A DNA stretch of 64,000 nucleotides from Octopus vulgaris (GCA_951406725.2 OX597832.1:34844001-34908000); one strand, 5' to 3'; counted from the first letter of the stretch, positions 12,413 to 25,071 are shown. Made by a program: numbers and translations. The notes: generated by a model from the letters alone, not told the origin.

Positions 12413-13302
12413 AAACGGCCAGCATTACAGATGTCGCAAACCCTTTATCTTTGATCAGAAATGGGAGGGGGGAGAGAAATGAGAATTATTGGAAAATGTT
12501 TTTCTTCCTTTCGATGAATTATTGACGATTATGTAACATGCAACAATCTGCGATCAGGGATTAATATATCCATTTATTTTTAAGATGTATGAAAAAGATA
12601 TTTTATTTGTTTCACACACATACAAACACTAAAGTGGTTTTTATTAGGATTTTGCATTCTTTCTCTCTCCTATCCAGACTTCGTTACCACCAATTTATTA
12701 TAATCTTACCGGTTAATGTTTATAAGTACACCAGAACGAAAAAATCGACCTCTTTTTCTTTTTTTAAATTCTTTCAGTGGATGCCTAATGTTTTCAATGA
12801 CGGAGATTCTTTAAGCTATGGTTTCAAAAATTTTAATTACTCGCTTCCGACACCAAATTTTAAAATTTTACCTTTTTTTCGTTTTCAATAGACGCGGGAA
12901 AATATGGAGATTAAAATTATGGGGAATATAAAATAATTCATTTCAAATTTTCTGTGAGGAAACTCCTAAATTGATTCATAACCACCCCCATTTCATCCCT
13001 CCGTCTAAAAGAGAAAATGGTGCGAATGAACGGAGAAAATATGTTATAAACAAGAGCCAAATTTCACAAAACTGTGATAACATAATGAAAGAAATATGTA
13101 ATGAATCTACTCACCTTTCTGCAAAGGTTTCTTTCAGAGTAATTTCCCGCAGTAATAGGACAAAATGAAATGAAAGAGTTAATTTTTTTTTTTTACACCT
13201 GAAATCTCCGCCATGTTGGAATTTAGTGGGAATAAACTTCGACAATGTGTTTAAGAAATATATAGAAAATCTGGAAATGTTCTTGGCCGTAAATCCATAC
13301 AT

Positions 13303-13527
13303 GGATCTTTCTGCTTTGTCCGGCAGATTTTAAAAATAATTTCTGGCGGTGTCATGTGAAAATGTCACCCATAATTATGACCTAAGTATCGATCTATTGC
13401 ATTTCAATCTGTTTTTAGGGTTATGGGTGGGGGTGGGGGTAGAAAAAGATGTTTTATAAAGAAGATTAAAAGTGTTTAGTTACAAAGAAATAATTTTTAA
13501 AATCTGCCGGTCAAAGCGAAAAGATCC
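13303..13527. mobile_element. MITE-like element (225 bp) with about 42-bp imperfect TIRs beginning GGATC
   Basis: 13303-13344 GGATCTTTCTGCTTTGTCCGGCAGATTTTAAAAATAATTTCT is the near reverse complement of 13486-13527 AGAAATAATTTTTAAAATCTGCCGGTCAAAGCGAAAAGATCC. No clear TSD. Confidence 0.7.
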
Positions 13528-15184
13528 GGATCTTATCAATGAAAGAGCCTCTACTTGGTTTCTTGATACGCTAAAAATAGCAACCAAAGTATCCCCCTAC
13601 CAAAATCACACGCCCACAAATACAAAATGTTATAAAAAAAATTAAGAGTAAACCCTGGTCTATGTGACACATTTTACCAGTATCCGAAGTTTCAAAGCGT
13701 TTAGTTAAAAAAAAATTAAATTAAAAAATCAGGCCATCAAATTGAGTAGATTCTGAGATTTTTGTCGAAACACATCCACAGTCGACTTGTAAGTCATATG
13801 AAGCGTATATGTAAAAAAAAATTATAAAAAAATACGTGCGAAATATAGTTTGTGTGATAATTGGCTGTTATTTCTAACATGTGGATAGACTGCTTGAAGG
13901 CTTATTTAAAGTACTGGAGCGGGTGGGTTGCGTCTCCGCCATGTGCACCCAATTTTGATTTCGAAGTATTGAAAAAGCTATTGGAAATCAGAAAGAGAAA
14001 CGAACGACAGAATGGAGCTGTCCACACTTTAAAACCTAAGATAAAAGGAAAAAATTTCCAAAAACCTTATCCCTACGTCGTCCACCCGTCGTCACACCAC
14101 CGTAGCAGTCAATGCATGCTCTGTGGCGAAAAGGATTTCGTTTATGCTAGAGGAGCGGGATGGTTAATTTTTTTTTTAATTGAAACTTTACAAAAAATTT
14201 TGTGGGTGGGTGGAGGAGGGGTAATACCCCCCCCTCCAACCCCCAACCCCCTTTAAAAAAATATTTTATATTTTTTCGACACCAACCCCCTTTTCGGCTA
14301 CGGGGAATACGATTCTGACAAAAAAAAAATGGCAAAAATCTATATTTCTAAATACCTCACCCACTCCCATTTCCCTCATTTTAAACTTTTTTCATAATTT
14401 TTTCCCCCCAAATATATGGAAAAATAAGTAGATTATGATTCTGAAAAATTTTTTCCAAAAATCTTTGTAGAATTTTTTTTTAAGAATGTTTCTTCTAAAT
14501 ATGTGAAAAAATACGAACATCATGATTCGGACAAAAATTTCAAAACATTTCTGTACTTACAGTTACGGTTTTAGGGTTAGAGTTAGGGTTAGTGTTGGAG
14601 AAAGAGTAAAAACTGAAGATGTTGGGTGAAAAGGAGAGTAAAAAAAATTTCACAAAGCTGATATTTGGCAATTTTCCGGAACCTCCGTATCCAAAAATGG
14701 TGATATTTGGCAAAAAAATTACAATAATAAACAAATTTAGGAGAATATGGGGAGGACGGATGGGTGGAAGTATTTCTAAGTGGGGAAAATGAAATTTTGA
14801 AATGCCGATTTTTGCTCGTTTTGTTTTTTCAGGTCCATAATCTCCGTATCAGAAAACTGGGGTTTCTGTAAAAAGATTTTAAAATATAATAAATGTGGGT
14901 TACAGAAGGAAGTGTTTTCATAAATACATATGCATACATTTTTTCTATATATATATGTGTGCACGCACGTGTGTGTGTACGAGAGAGAGAGAGAGAGATA
15001 TGTTTACGTGACACCCTCTCATACATACATACATATATACAAGAAAGATGATGCCTATTTATGTATGTACTTATACATGACAACATACCCTTTCAATTGC
15101 CCTCTCTCTCCCTATCTCACATTCGTCCATTTCATCTCATGTTTGATACTGTATGTATATGTATATGTGTGTGTGTGTAATTCT

Positions 15185-16390
15185 ACAATCACCAGAAAAA
15201 AGGAGAGGAATTTTTTTTTTGATGCTCCTGATGACAGGTAAAACATTGCTTCTCTCGAAGGTAAGGCAACAAAAAAGAATTGCAGTTGCTGTACCATTAT
15301 CTGTCTTTGCTGCCACCATTCTTCCAGGAGGACAAACAGCTCATTCTGCTTTGAAATTACTAGTAAACCTGGTCACAAATGAAAGTCTAATTTTTACATA
15401 AGCAAAGATTGAGGTTCACTAGAAGTTTTGTGCCAGTAACACCTTATCATTTTGGATGAATGCACCATGTCACATAGAGGTACAATGGAAGCCCTTTGTA
15501 AGACCTTACAGAACATCAGAGGCGACAATAAATTTATGGGAGGAGTTGCATGAGTTTTATCAGGATATTTCAGACAGACATTACCAGTCATTCTGAGACA
15601 AAGAAGATATGATGAAATGAAAGCATGTATAAAATCTTCAGACTTATGGAATAAAGTACTGAAATTCTCCTTCAATACTAATGTGTGAGCTTTATTACAT
15701 GAGGACCAATATACAAAACAGTTTTCAACATGGCTCCTCTAATTAGGAAATGGGAAAGTACCATTTTATGGGAATGGTGACATCAGTTTGGCTCATATTG
15801 CTATCATGGTGAATTCCCAGCTGAACTGATGAACAGGATATTTCCAGACTTAAATAATAGTTACAAATCATATAAATTGTTGTGTGAAAGGGCAATTTTT
15901 GCTCCAAAAAATGAGAAAGTAGTAAGGATTAACCATGAAATTTCAAGTGTCAATAAGCAGTACAAATCAATTTAGTTCTTGATGAAAATCAAGATTTAGT
16001 TCTTGATGAAAATCAAGCTGGCCATTACCCAACAGAGTTCCTTAATTCTTTTGCAATAGGACAATGTTGATTGTGAAGACATTACTACCTAATGTTATAG
16101 AAGCTACCATCATTGATGGCTGTGTCTCTGGGGAAGAGGCTTTCATTCCAAGAATTCCAACTAAACCAACAGATATACCATTTGAGTTCAAATGAACACA
16201 ATTCCCAGTGTGATTTTGCTTTGCAATGTCTATTAATAAAGCTTAAGGGCAGTCTTTGAAATCTACTGGCTTGCTTTTCTCATGGTCACCTTTATGTTTG
16301 TTGCTCTAGGGTAGGTAATCTGCATGACTTATTTGTCTATGCTTGAAACCAGAAAACAAAGAATGTTGTTTACCCAGAAGCTCTTATGTA
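15185..16390 (+). mobile_element. Helitron Rep/Hel remnant (PIF1-like SF1 helicase domain), pseudogenised
   Basis: A decayed Walker A (FFDAP..TGKT) is followed by AATILPGGQTAHSALK, LIILDECTM, MGGV..LSGYFRQTLPV, RAIFAPKN, YPTEFLNS, FIPRIP, QFPV..CFAMSINKA*GQSL, FSHGHLYVCCSRV and KTKNVVYPEAL. Confidence 0.9.
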
Positions 16391-16872
16391 ATTTCCTTAA
16401 ATATATGCGGTAAAATTTATTTATTTTCATAAAACTGATAAATTTTGTATTTTCGTTTATTATTATTTTATGTTTGACTTTCGCTTTACATTTGTACAAA
16501 TTGGCTCCAAGTCTCACCCAGAGACCTCAAGAGATAACAAATTGGAAGCTCATGTTGGTGTTATGCCTTGGGTGCCATATATTTGGTTTTGTACATAGTG
16601 TTGCTCTACAGAATGTTTAAGAAACCATAAGAAAATTATGTTTGTTTTAAAAATTGAGATTTCATAGAAAGTAGATAGATAGATAGATAGATAGATAGGC
16701 AGATGGATATGGAGTTGAGTTATGGAGAATGATACATATAACAATTACCAAATACCTAGTTAATGAGACTGATCGATAAATATAGAGATAGACATTGAAC
16801 TAGAAAAGCAGACTGTCTGAAGATATACAAACACATTCAGAAATAGTTAGGTAGAAAGATAGTTAGATAGAT

Positions 16873-19480
16873 AAGTGTCTTTATTAGCTACACAGGGCTG
16901 CACACAGATGGGACAGATTACAAAGTAGAGCTTTGCTTTTGTGGGAGGAAAAAGGACAAAAAAAAGTGGGTTAGTTTTTCGATCAAAAGGGATCGTAAAA
17001 GGGAAAGAAAAAACCCATAAATAGGTATCGTGTATCACAGAAATGTCATGATGTAAGGTGTAGAGGGGGAAGCTGATAAGGTTTATCCATGGAAAGAAAA
17101 GCCTATGGAAATGACCACTGTAACCTAGGTCAGTAATGCTACATGTTAACATATTTGTTTGCAAGTAAGTAACCCTCTGTTTTAGATTTTTCCGGGTTCA
17201 TAGGATTATGGTCAAGGTGGCTTCGTCATTCATAAGTGCCATGCTTGCTACATTCACCCATCTTTTTTTGAAACATTCGCTATACAAAACTTGCCTCTCT
17301 ACTCTCACTTTCCTTTTCAAGTGATACTTGAAGAAGTTGATGAGAGATTGGCCAGAGAGGAAAATGTTTGCCTCCAATCCTTTCAGACGTGTTCCCCAGA
17401 TACGTTCTTTCGCCATAGCCACAAGAATGATGAAAATAGCTCTTCCTTCCCGTTTGAAGGAAGGAGGCGTGACAGTACTGACGATAGATTCAGCTGATAA
17501 TCCGACTTGTCCCACATGTGACAGCAGTCGTTCGACATAAGCCCACATGTCTGAAATTGTTGGACACTGCACGAGTGCGTGCAGAACGGTTTCGTCGCTA
17601 TGACCGCATCATGAGCAGGTCAACCCCGTGTTTCTTGAGCCGTGTCTGTACAGCTTATCGCGAACGGGTAGTGCTTCTCAGTAGCACTGCCAAGCCAGGG
17701 ATCTCTGGAAGTTCTTCATGGGTCCTGGCCTGAAAGTCGTCGTTAACAGGCAGGTGAGGTATTCCTCGTCGACGTCCAGGTTCACCCCCAACTTGTCGTC
17801 GTACCTCCCCTCCAATAACCCCCTATAGAATGCTTTGGTTGTGTTGAAGTTGCTCAAGGTCGACCCGGGATGGCATCGTTGATTGAGAGCAATGCGACAC
17901 TCACGGTGCCATTCGCCCTTCCTCGGCCTCTTTTTGATCCACGACTGCAGTTCGGTCATGGAGATGAGTTGCGGGAAAGCATGCCTCACAAACGGTGACT
18001 ACACCTGTTCACCGTCGTCTACGTATACCTGGAGATGTCACAGTCTCAGCGCGTGTCTGCGCATCATCAACCACAGCATGCCCAGTCGTCCTCTTAACGG
18101 TTGTTGACAGCAAATGGATCACCTGACAATCGAGACGCATCCTTTCCACAAGAAGCGGAAGAGAATGCGTTCTAGTTTGGTGATGGTAGGGTCGGGACAA
18201 GGTACGATGGTCAGGCGATAGTAGATGATGGACGCGATATGCGTGTTCGCCACCCCTGCCCGACCTATTAGGGACAGTTTCCTCTTGGCCCATTGCCAGG
18301 CGAGAGTGACCACCCTACACGTTATCACATTCCAGGTCTTCTCTATTAGGAGGTCCGGACCAAACCAGACCCCGAGCAACTCGACCAGACCGTCAGTCCA
18401 GCGTCCCACGACGGAGGCACTGGTGGACGGCATGGGCTTGCTTCTCCAGGTGCCGAGCCACAAGTCCACTGACTTTTCCCTGTTGATTTTTGCTCCTGTC
18501 ACCGCTTCGTAGTCTTCAGTGTCTCACCGACCTGCTCGATGTGCTCATGGCTAGACACTATGATGGTGAAGTCGTCTGCATATGCAGACACGCTTCTCCA
18601 GCTTCCTAAATCTCGCGGGATGCCCATCAGAGTTGCCTGCTTCCACAATAATGGCTCTAGAGTCAATACGTAGAGATGCGAATAGAGGGGGCATCACTGA
18701 TGGACTAAATGTGCAATGTTGAAAGGTCTCAATAGATGTCCATTTATGCGAACTACCGGATGGATACCTCTGTACAAAGTGGCTATCCAGCTGTGGAAGA
18801 CGGGACCGAAACCAGCCGCTCTGAGGACAACCTTCAAGTATCGATGGTCTACCCTATCGAAAGCTTTTGATTGATCCAAATTGATCAATGCCCCACCCAT
18901 GCCAGGTTCCTTAACTATACTGTCTATGATGTAGGGCATCAGATGGCGGTTGTCATGAATGCAAGGCCCGGCACGGCACACGTTTGTGTCTTGTCAACCA
19001 GTTTCTTGATGACAAGCACCAACCTCTTGGCTAACACCTTGGCCAAAATTTTCAAGTCTGCATTAAGCAGTGTGATGGACTTAAAGTTATCTATTACGTC
19101 CCCCCTGTTTAGATCTTTCTTTAGCAGTGTTACGGCTCCTTGGCTCACAAAACCAGGGATGCTCCCGTTTTGCTGCCAGTTGCAGTATCGCTGCCAAGAC
19201 GTCTACAAACAAGTCTGGCATTGGCGTCAAAAGTCAGATGCGATGCCGCTTCTAATTGCCTCTTCTAGCTTCTTAAGTAGCTCACCCTCTACTCTTTTTT
19301 TATCTATGACTAGTGCTTTGCTATACCTAATCGCTTCTGCTATTATTGCTCTTTTGAGGGCAAACCACCATTTGTTCTTGATGATAGCTACCGTTAAGGC
19401 CCTCTTTACTAGAGTGCTAATCCGGTCTCTGAAAACCTTTCTTGATGGGAAAGACGTGTTTAGTTTCCAGTACCCAGGAT
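16873..19480 (-). mobile_element. Tx1/L1-group non-LTR retrotransposon, 5'-truncated and internally deleted ORF2 plus 3' UTR
   Basis: Motifs: PGYWKLN, SITLLNADLKILAKVLAKRL, LDQSKAFDRVDH, SAYADD (about 18570-18590), GAKINREKS, RKLSLIGRA, and a C-terminal zinc knuckle DETVLHALVQCP. AATAAA is at 16880-16885 (minus strand), next to a (TATC)n-like tract. Confidence 0.9.
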
Positions 19481-19513
19481 CCTTGAAAAGAAGTATTGGT
19501 ATTTTCACAAATC

Positions 19514-19682
19514 TTAGATGTTAGTGTTACTTCCCTTACAAAGGAGTTTATATTTTTGAATTTTTAAATGATTTCCTTTTTTTGCATTTAAATATCTGAA
19601 ATGTGGCTGGAATAATGCATGGACCCAAGGGTATGGGGGGGAAGTAGAATCAGACGGTATTGGTTCTCGGAACATAAAGTCT
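19514..19682 (-). pseudogene. Exon-like segment, copy 1 (unknown product)
   Basis: A TTTTGTTAG acceptor-like site precedes (D)FMFREPIPSDSTSPPYPWVHALFQPHFRYLNAKKGNHLKIQKYKLLCKG. Homologous to 22250-22419. Confidence 0.4.
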
Positions 19683-20499
19683 AACAAAATATAAAACTAT
19701 CTCATGTATTATTCTTTAATACACGCACACGTGTTTGTGGATATATCTATATATCTGCATGTGTGTGTGTAGTGTATTTTTTCGTTAAGGTGTGTGTATG
19801 CGTGTATGTGTTTGTGTTGGGCGTTTGTACGTGTTCGCGTGTGAGTATTGCGTGTGTATCTATATGTATGTACGTATTTTTGTATTTATGTATAGATGCA
19901 TGCATGTATGTGTCTTAACGTGAGGTTTAGTGTTAGGGCTATATGGTTCGTCGTCTTTTCGTATTCTTTCTTGTACACGATTACTCGACATAGGGTCACC
20001 TTGCTCGTCTTATATCTGCTAATCGTCGTTCCCCTTGTCGCCTCCATCTCTGTACTTTCCTACTAAGTCTTGTTCGTTTTGTGAAGTAGAAGATATCTTG
20101 TTATATATCACGTCCCCTGATAACAAATATTCAACTATACCCCATTCCCTACTACAATAGGAGAAATAAAAGCAAGGAAGGCAACATGTAGCTCTTCTAC
20201 TATTAACCAAGGATATAGTGATTTCCTGTTACAAATATTTGTGAAGATATGTTTACATCATGGAAAGGACTAGTGGCTACATAATAATATCGTTGCCGCA
20301 TAAGGAGAAGATATTTCCGATATGTCCTGTTAATTATGTGTGGTTGAAATGTCTTTTCGACCTTGTTTGTGAAATTCAGAAGTAACGAAATGGTGGTTAA
20401 AGAAGTAGGAAACAGAACTGTTTCTACTGTTTGTCAGTGCACTTGATACTGTAATGTACGCGAATTCTGGAATTCTCCTTCCACTAGCAGTTGATCCTG

Positions 20500-21780
20500 T
20501 TTTGCCTCTAACCCTTGCCTTGCTTTGTAGACGTCACTGCCCATCGGAATGCCTGGCAAAAGGCACCTCCAATGAAAGTCTCACCCGAGAAGCTCCGCTG
20601 CTGGAACTAGAAAGAAGTGGGTAACTTTGAGCTGAGATGTTCAGACTACACACAAGCTAGTGGACCTAGGTGTAACGAAGTATTCTTTCAGCTTCTCAAA
20701 TGCTGCAACGGGATACTCATAATAGATTTTACATGAACGTTCGGTGCATTGGCCTCTAGCGATGAGCAAACTGTCCTCACTGACATTACGTCCATATTTG
20801 TCCGTGAAGGAAATGTGATGTTCATTTGTGTGCAGGAAGGACAAATGCGCCTGGATTGGGACGAACCCGTTAGAATATTGGCTGCATGTCGTAAATGGCA
20901 GTCTGCAACCTCAAAGTGGAATGCCCCTTGGACATCATAGTTCGCGATGTTCTTGTAAGTGTGTCGGAGGACGAGGAGATACGCCTTGACACCATGGTTG
21001 ACTCCAAGTAAGACATGACATTTGAAGAAGCTCCAAAGTACATCGAGGCAGAAGAAAGTGGATAACGCTCAGCCAGCTGTCTCATGGGCCCCGGCACTAC
21101 CCAATCACCACAGATTCTAGTTCATATAAGCACTAGGAGCGGCAACGCTCGGTCAATAAATCTGACAAACTCCGTGATACACTCACCGCAAACCCCTGCA
21201 GTCACTGCAGAAAACACAATAACAGACGTCATGTACAGGAACGCATGCGGAAATGCTCCACCTACAACCACAAATACGCTAGGTGTGTCATCTTGTATAA
21301 TTGTGAGAGTGTCCTCCGCCAATAACTCCGTTTCAACGGCAGGTTCAAATCAACGCAGCTGACACGGAAGACCACACTTCTGCAATATTCAACAACCTAT
21401 GGCTTCTGGTCTACCTCCCTAACGAATCCTCTACCCAAGCATTAATTCTTGATCAATATGTATATAATGAACCGTGCAATTCCTGGGGAAAAGGTTCTCC
21501 CCCCCACCATTCTTTTGTCACTACCTATGTTTAAGCCGACACACTTGCCAGGAAGGCATCAGGTTTCGCCGCTCCCCTTTCACGACCGACCCAAGTTACC
21601 CGTCACAATGCTATGGCAGACACTGGATGCCAGTTGCGCCTGGCTGAACCAAGTCCTTCGAAAAAGTTCCAGGACCAGCGTTATCGTAAATTGGTCAACA
21701 TGTAAACGAGCGCTGCTCAACGCAGGTCCGTAAATATCAGTGCTCTGACCCTACGCATATCAGGGACTACTCCATCATCT
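20500..21780 (+). mobile_element. Ty3/gypsy gag-protease remnant
   Basis: Gag-like MRLDWDEPVR and IIVRDVLVSVSEDEEIRLD...DMTFEEAPKYIEAEESG; aspartic protease motif MADTGCQ at about 21613-21633. Boundaries are approximate. Confidence 0.7.
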
Positions 21781-22249
21781 GCGAAGTACACGACCCGTCT
21801 ATTTGCATACATAATTCCTACGATTGACAAAGCTTTTCTTTCCAAGGAAGTGTTTTCCATCCTCAAGTTTTTCCTCCCCACTTCTCCAGAATTGGGGAAA
21901 GGTGTGTGAATGTAGTCATCCCGATGGAATTATCTTGAACCGATGTTATCTACTTCGTATTGACATTTATTGGAGAAAGGGAAACAACCTATACTATTAA
22001 GTTCTGTTGTGTAGAAAGGAAACGATTCAATGCATCCATCAGAGAAGGGTAGATTCTTAACCCATTTAACACCCATTTAATGGTTGCGTTGGAGTACGGC
22101 ACCACAAAATTTGGGTATAGATTAGTTTATAATTATGTTCATTGTTTTCAAAGGAAGATTATATTGAAACAATCGCCAGGCAAGAGTTGCGTTTCTTGTT
22201 GCATAAGGGAAGCAATTTGAATTGTTTGCTACTTTCCCCAATGATAGTT

Positions 22250-22419
22250 GTTAGAGTTCCTTTTCTTACACAGGGATTTATAATTTTGAATTTTTAAGTG
22301 AGACTTTTGCCTTTAAATATTGTAAATGTATCTTAAATTTGGCAGGTATAATGTTTGAATGGAAGGGTATGGAAGTGAAGTCGAATCAGAAGGAAATTGA
22401 ACTCGGAATATATAGTCTG
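22250..22419 (-). pseudogene. Exon-like segment, copy 2 (unknown product, one in-frame stop)
   Basis: A TTTGGTCAG acceptor-like site precedes (D)YIFRVQFPSDSTSLPYPSIQTLYLPNLRYIYNI*RQKSHLKIQNYKSLCKK. Confidence 0.4.
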
Positions 22420-22480
22420 ACCAAATACCACTAATTTATATATCTTTCTTTAAACACACACAAACACTTATGTGTGTGAA

Positions 22481-22515
<35 letters not shown>

Positions 22516-22516
22516 G

Positions 22517-22566
<50 letters not shown>

Positions 22567-22938
22567 ATGTATGTAAGTTTGTATATATATATATATATAT
22601 TTGAATATGTATGTTAGTATATATATTTGAATATGTATGTTTGTATATATATTTGTATATATATATATATTTGTGTATATATATTTGTAAATATATTTGT
22701 ATATATATGTTTGCATATATATTTGTATATATATGTTTGTACATATATGTACTTGTATATATATGTTTGTATAAATGTATATATATATGTATTTGTATAT
22801 ATATGTTTTTATATATACGTTTGTATATATATTTGTATGTGTATGTTTGTATACATATATGTTTGTATATACATTTGTATATATATTTGTATATATATAT
22901 ATGTTTGTATTTATATGTTTGCTTATATATTTGTATAT
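22481..22938. repeat. Compound (TC)n/(TA)n microsatellite and TATATTTG-type low-complexity array
   Basis: Direct reading; it produces the spurious Y/I-rich ORFs in the track. Confidence 0.95.
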
Positions 22939-23695
22939 GTGACCTCGGCATGGTTGGAAAACTTGGAGTGTGGTTACGTGACTTCCTGAAAGATAGGAGT
23001 CAGGTAGTAGTGGTTAATGGAGCCATCTCTATGAACACACAAATAGTGAGTGGTGTTCCACAGGGAACTGTCTTGGGACCACTGCTTTTTATAGTGGCCC
23101 TCTCTGATATGACCGCAAATGCCCGGATAGCCACTCTGGCAAGCTATGCAGACGATACGAAAGTCTCGCAGAAAATACAGAACCCCCAGCGATGTTGCAC
23201 ACCTGCAGCAGGAGTTGGACTCAATCTACAGATGGGTTGAGGATAATAGTATGCAGTTTAATGCTGAAAAAATCCAGGCCTTGCGCTACCAGCATCCAAA
23301 ACTGAATATTAAACTTATAGGATACACCGGTCCACAGGGAATTTCAATCCCAGAGCCTAAGTCTGTGAGGGACCTGGATATCGACATGATTGATGATACC
23401 TCTTTCCAAATACACATTACCAGGATGGCGACAAAGTGCAGACGACTGGCTGGATGGATCCTAAGAACATTCAGGACCAGAGATAAGGAAACCATGATTG
23501 TCCTCTGGCAGACATTCGTCCTCAGCTGCCTGGATTACTGCTCACAGCCATGGTCACCCACCAGTGTAAAATTAACAGCGAACCTTGAAGCAATCCAGAG
23601 AAGATTCACAAAGAAGATCGTCTTTTTGCAACAGTTCAGCTACTGGGAAAGGTCGAAACTGCTAAGACTCTACTCCCTGGAGAGAAGACGGGTGT
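22936..23695 (+). mobile_element. CR1-type LINE 3' fragment (RT C-terminal half), same family as 1-2647
   Basis: DLGMVGKLGVWLRDFLKDRSQVVVVNG, SGVPQGTVLGPLLF, YADDTK, WILRTFRTRD, LDYCSQPWSP, LYSLERRR. Confidence 0.92.
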
Positions 23696-24084
23696 GTGAG
23701 TGATTTCATATTTCCCTGTGGTCAGTGGTTTGTAAACAAGGATATCCAGATGGTGTCATTTACTGGCAGACCATTACAAAAGCGTGGTTGGAATTTTAAA
23801 CACACACACATACACACACATGTATATATGTCTCTCTCTATATATTTATATATGTGTGTGTTTGTGTGTATCTATGTATGGTATTATTCAGTTTTATTTT
23901 AAGATTTATTGCCAATAGAGAAATAACTGGTTTCTAACTAGATCCAAGGTTCCTTCATTGGAATTTCAACAACATCAACAGATTATTGTTGTAGCTATGT
24001 AAATACATGTGTAGATTTGCATGTTTTGTTTTATGCTTGTAATCTCATGCATATACTTGAATATCTAGACATGCTCATATATAT

Positions 24085-24905
24085 ATTTATATGATAAACT
24101 TCTGGAAAGTTTTACAGTTTTTCAGTTCCAGTGATGGATAGGATCTGTAGTCTTTTAATCAGTTTTTTCCTTTCTGGTTTTGAGAAGCCTAATTTCTCAA
24201 GATTGGTATTTAGGCAGTGTGTTACAATTCCCAGTGCCCCAGTAATTACAGGTATAAAATTGAACTTGTAATCTTATTAGAGTAACTTCCAATTTCTCAA
24301 TAGCTCATCATCGTTTAACATCCTTTTTCCGTGCTAGCACGGGTTGGACGGTTCGACTGGAGTCTGGGAAGGCAGGAGGCTGTACCAGGCTCCAGTCTGA
24401 TCTGGCAGTGTATCTACTGTTGGATTCCCTTCTTAATGCTAACCACTCTGTGAGTGTAGTGGGTGCTTTTTACGTGCCAGGGCATGCTGGCAGCGGCTAC
24501 GATCGGTTGGTGCTTTTTACATGCCACTTTCTTTTTCACTGATTTTCAGCTTTATGTTAATATCTGCTGGGAAGCTGATTTCCACAACTGTACAAAGTTT
24601 CTTTTCTCTGTCTCAAATCATTATGTCAAGTCTATTGTGTTTACATTTTATTGAGGTTTTTAGTGGGACACTCCATCAGAATTCATTTTTATTATGAATG
24701 CCTATGGCTCCTACCATACTGTAGATTCTTATTTCTTTGTCCTCATGGTTTTCCTTCCAACAGATCTCGTTATACAGTGTTCTAGCTACAACATCATGTC
24801 TTATCGGTAGATAATATCATGATGACATTTTTGGAAAATTGCTTATGATGTGGTTGATGTCTTTGGCCTTAACTCCACAAAGTCTACATGGATTAACTCT
24901 ACAAA
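24085..24905 (-). mobile_element. R4/Dong-type non-LTR retrotransposon 3' remnant (zinc knuckle + restriction-like endonuclease)
   Basis: Manual translation gives CRLCGVKAKDINHIISN..., RHDVVARTLY, KHNRLDIMI*DREKKLCTVVEISFP, then after the insertion FIPVITGALGIVTHCL...LEKLG. This is the CCHC, RHD, PD...E architecture of RLE elements. Confidence 0.75.
24306..24526 (-). mobile_element. RTE 3'-tail fragment / RTE-dependent SINE-like insertion into the RLE element
   Basis: CATCATCGTTTAACATCC...GCTAGCACGGGTTGGACGG...GGTGCTTTTTACGTGCCA is the same 3' UTR as at 5260-5430. Confidence 0.85.
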
Positions 24906-24910
24906 GTCTA

Positions 24911-25071
24911 CATGAACACTGTGATAGCTTCTACCAAAAGATGCTTCAACATATTTACGTCTGAACAAGGGGAGATAATAAACGAATGAATTTTTTTTCT
25001 ATTATCTCCCCTTGTTCAGACCGGTCGACCTAACGGAGCATCTTTTCCTAGAACCTATCGCTGTGTTCATG
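24911..25071. repeat. ~160-bp palindromic element (MITE-like hairpin)
   Basis: A perfect 22-bp inner stem (24959-24980 with 25000-25021) encloses a 19-nt loop. An imperfect outer stem of about 36 bp runs CATGAACAC...GTGTTCATG. Confidence 0.8.

Noticed and set aside
11480-14900. Promoter or regulatory region suggested by homopolymer runs and scattered CpGs
   Set aside because: No associated gene start could be identified. The short ORFs are low-complexity, and the irregular homopolymers may reflect lower sequence quality.
15185-16390. Host PIF1 helicase gene
   Set aside because: It is intronless, full of stops and frameshifts, and has a Helitron-type C-terminus (TKNVVYPEAL), so it is a TE remnant.
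22468-22989. Y/I/C-rich ORFs here and across 35-43 kb and 62-64 kb
   Set aside because: They are translations of (TA)n, (TG)n and (CA)n microsatellites.
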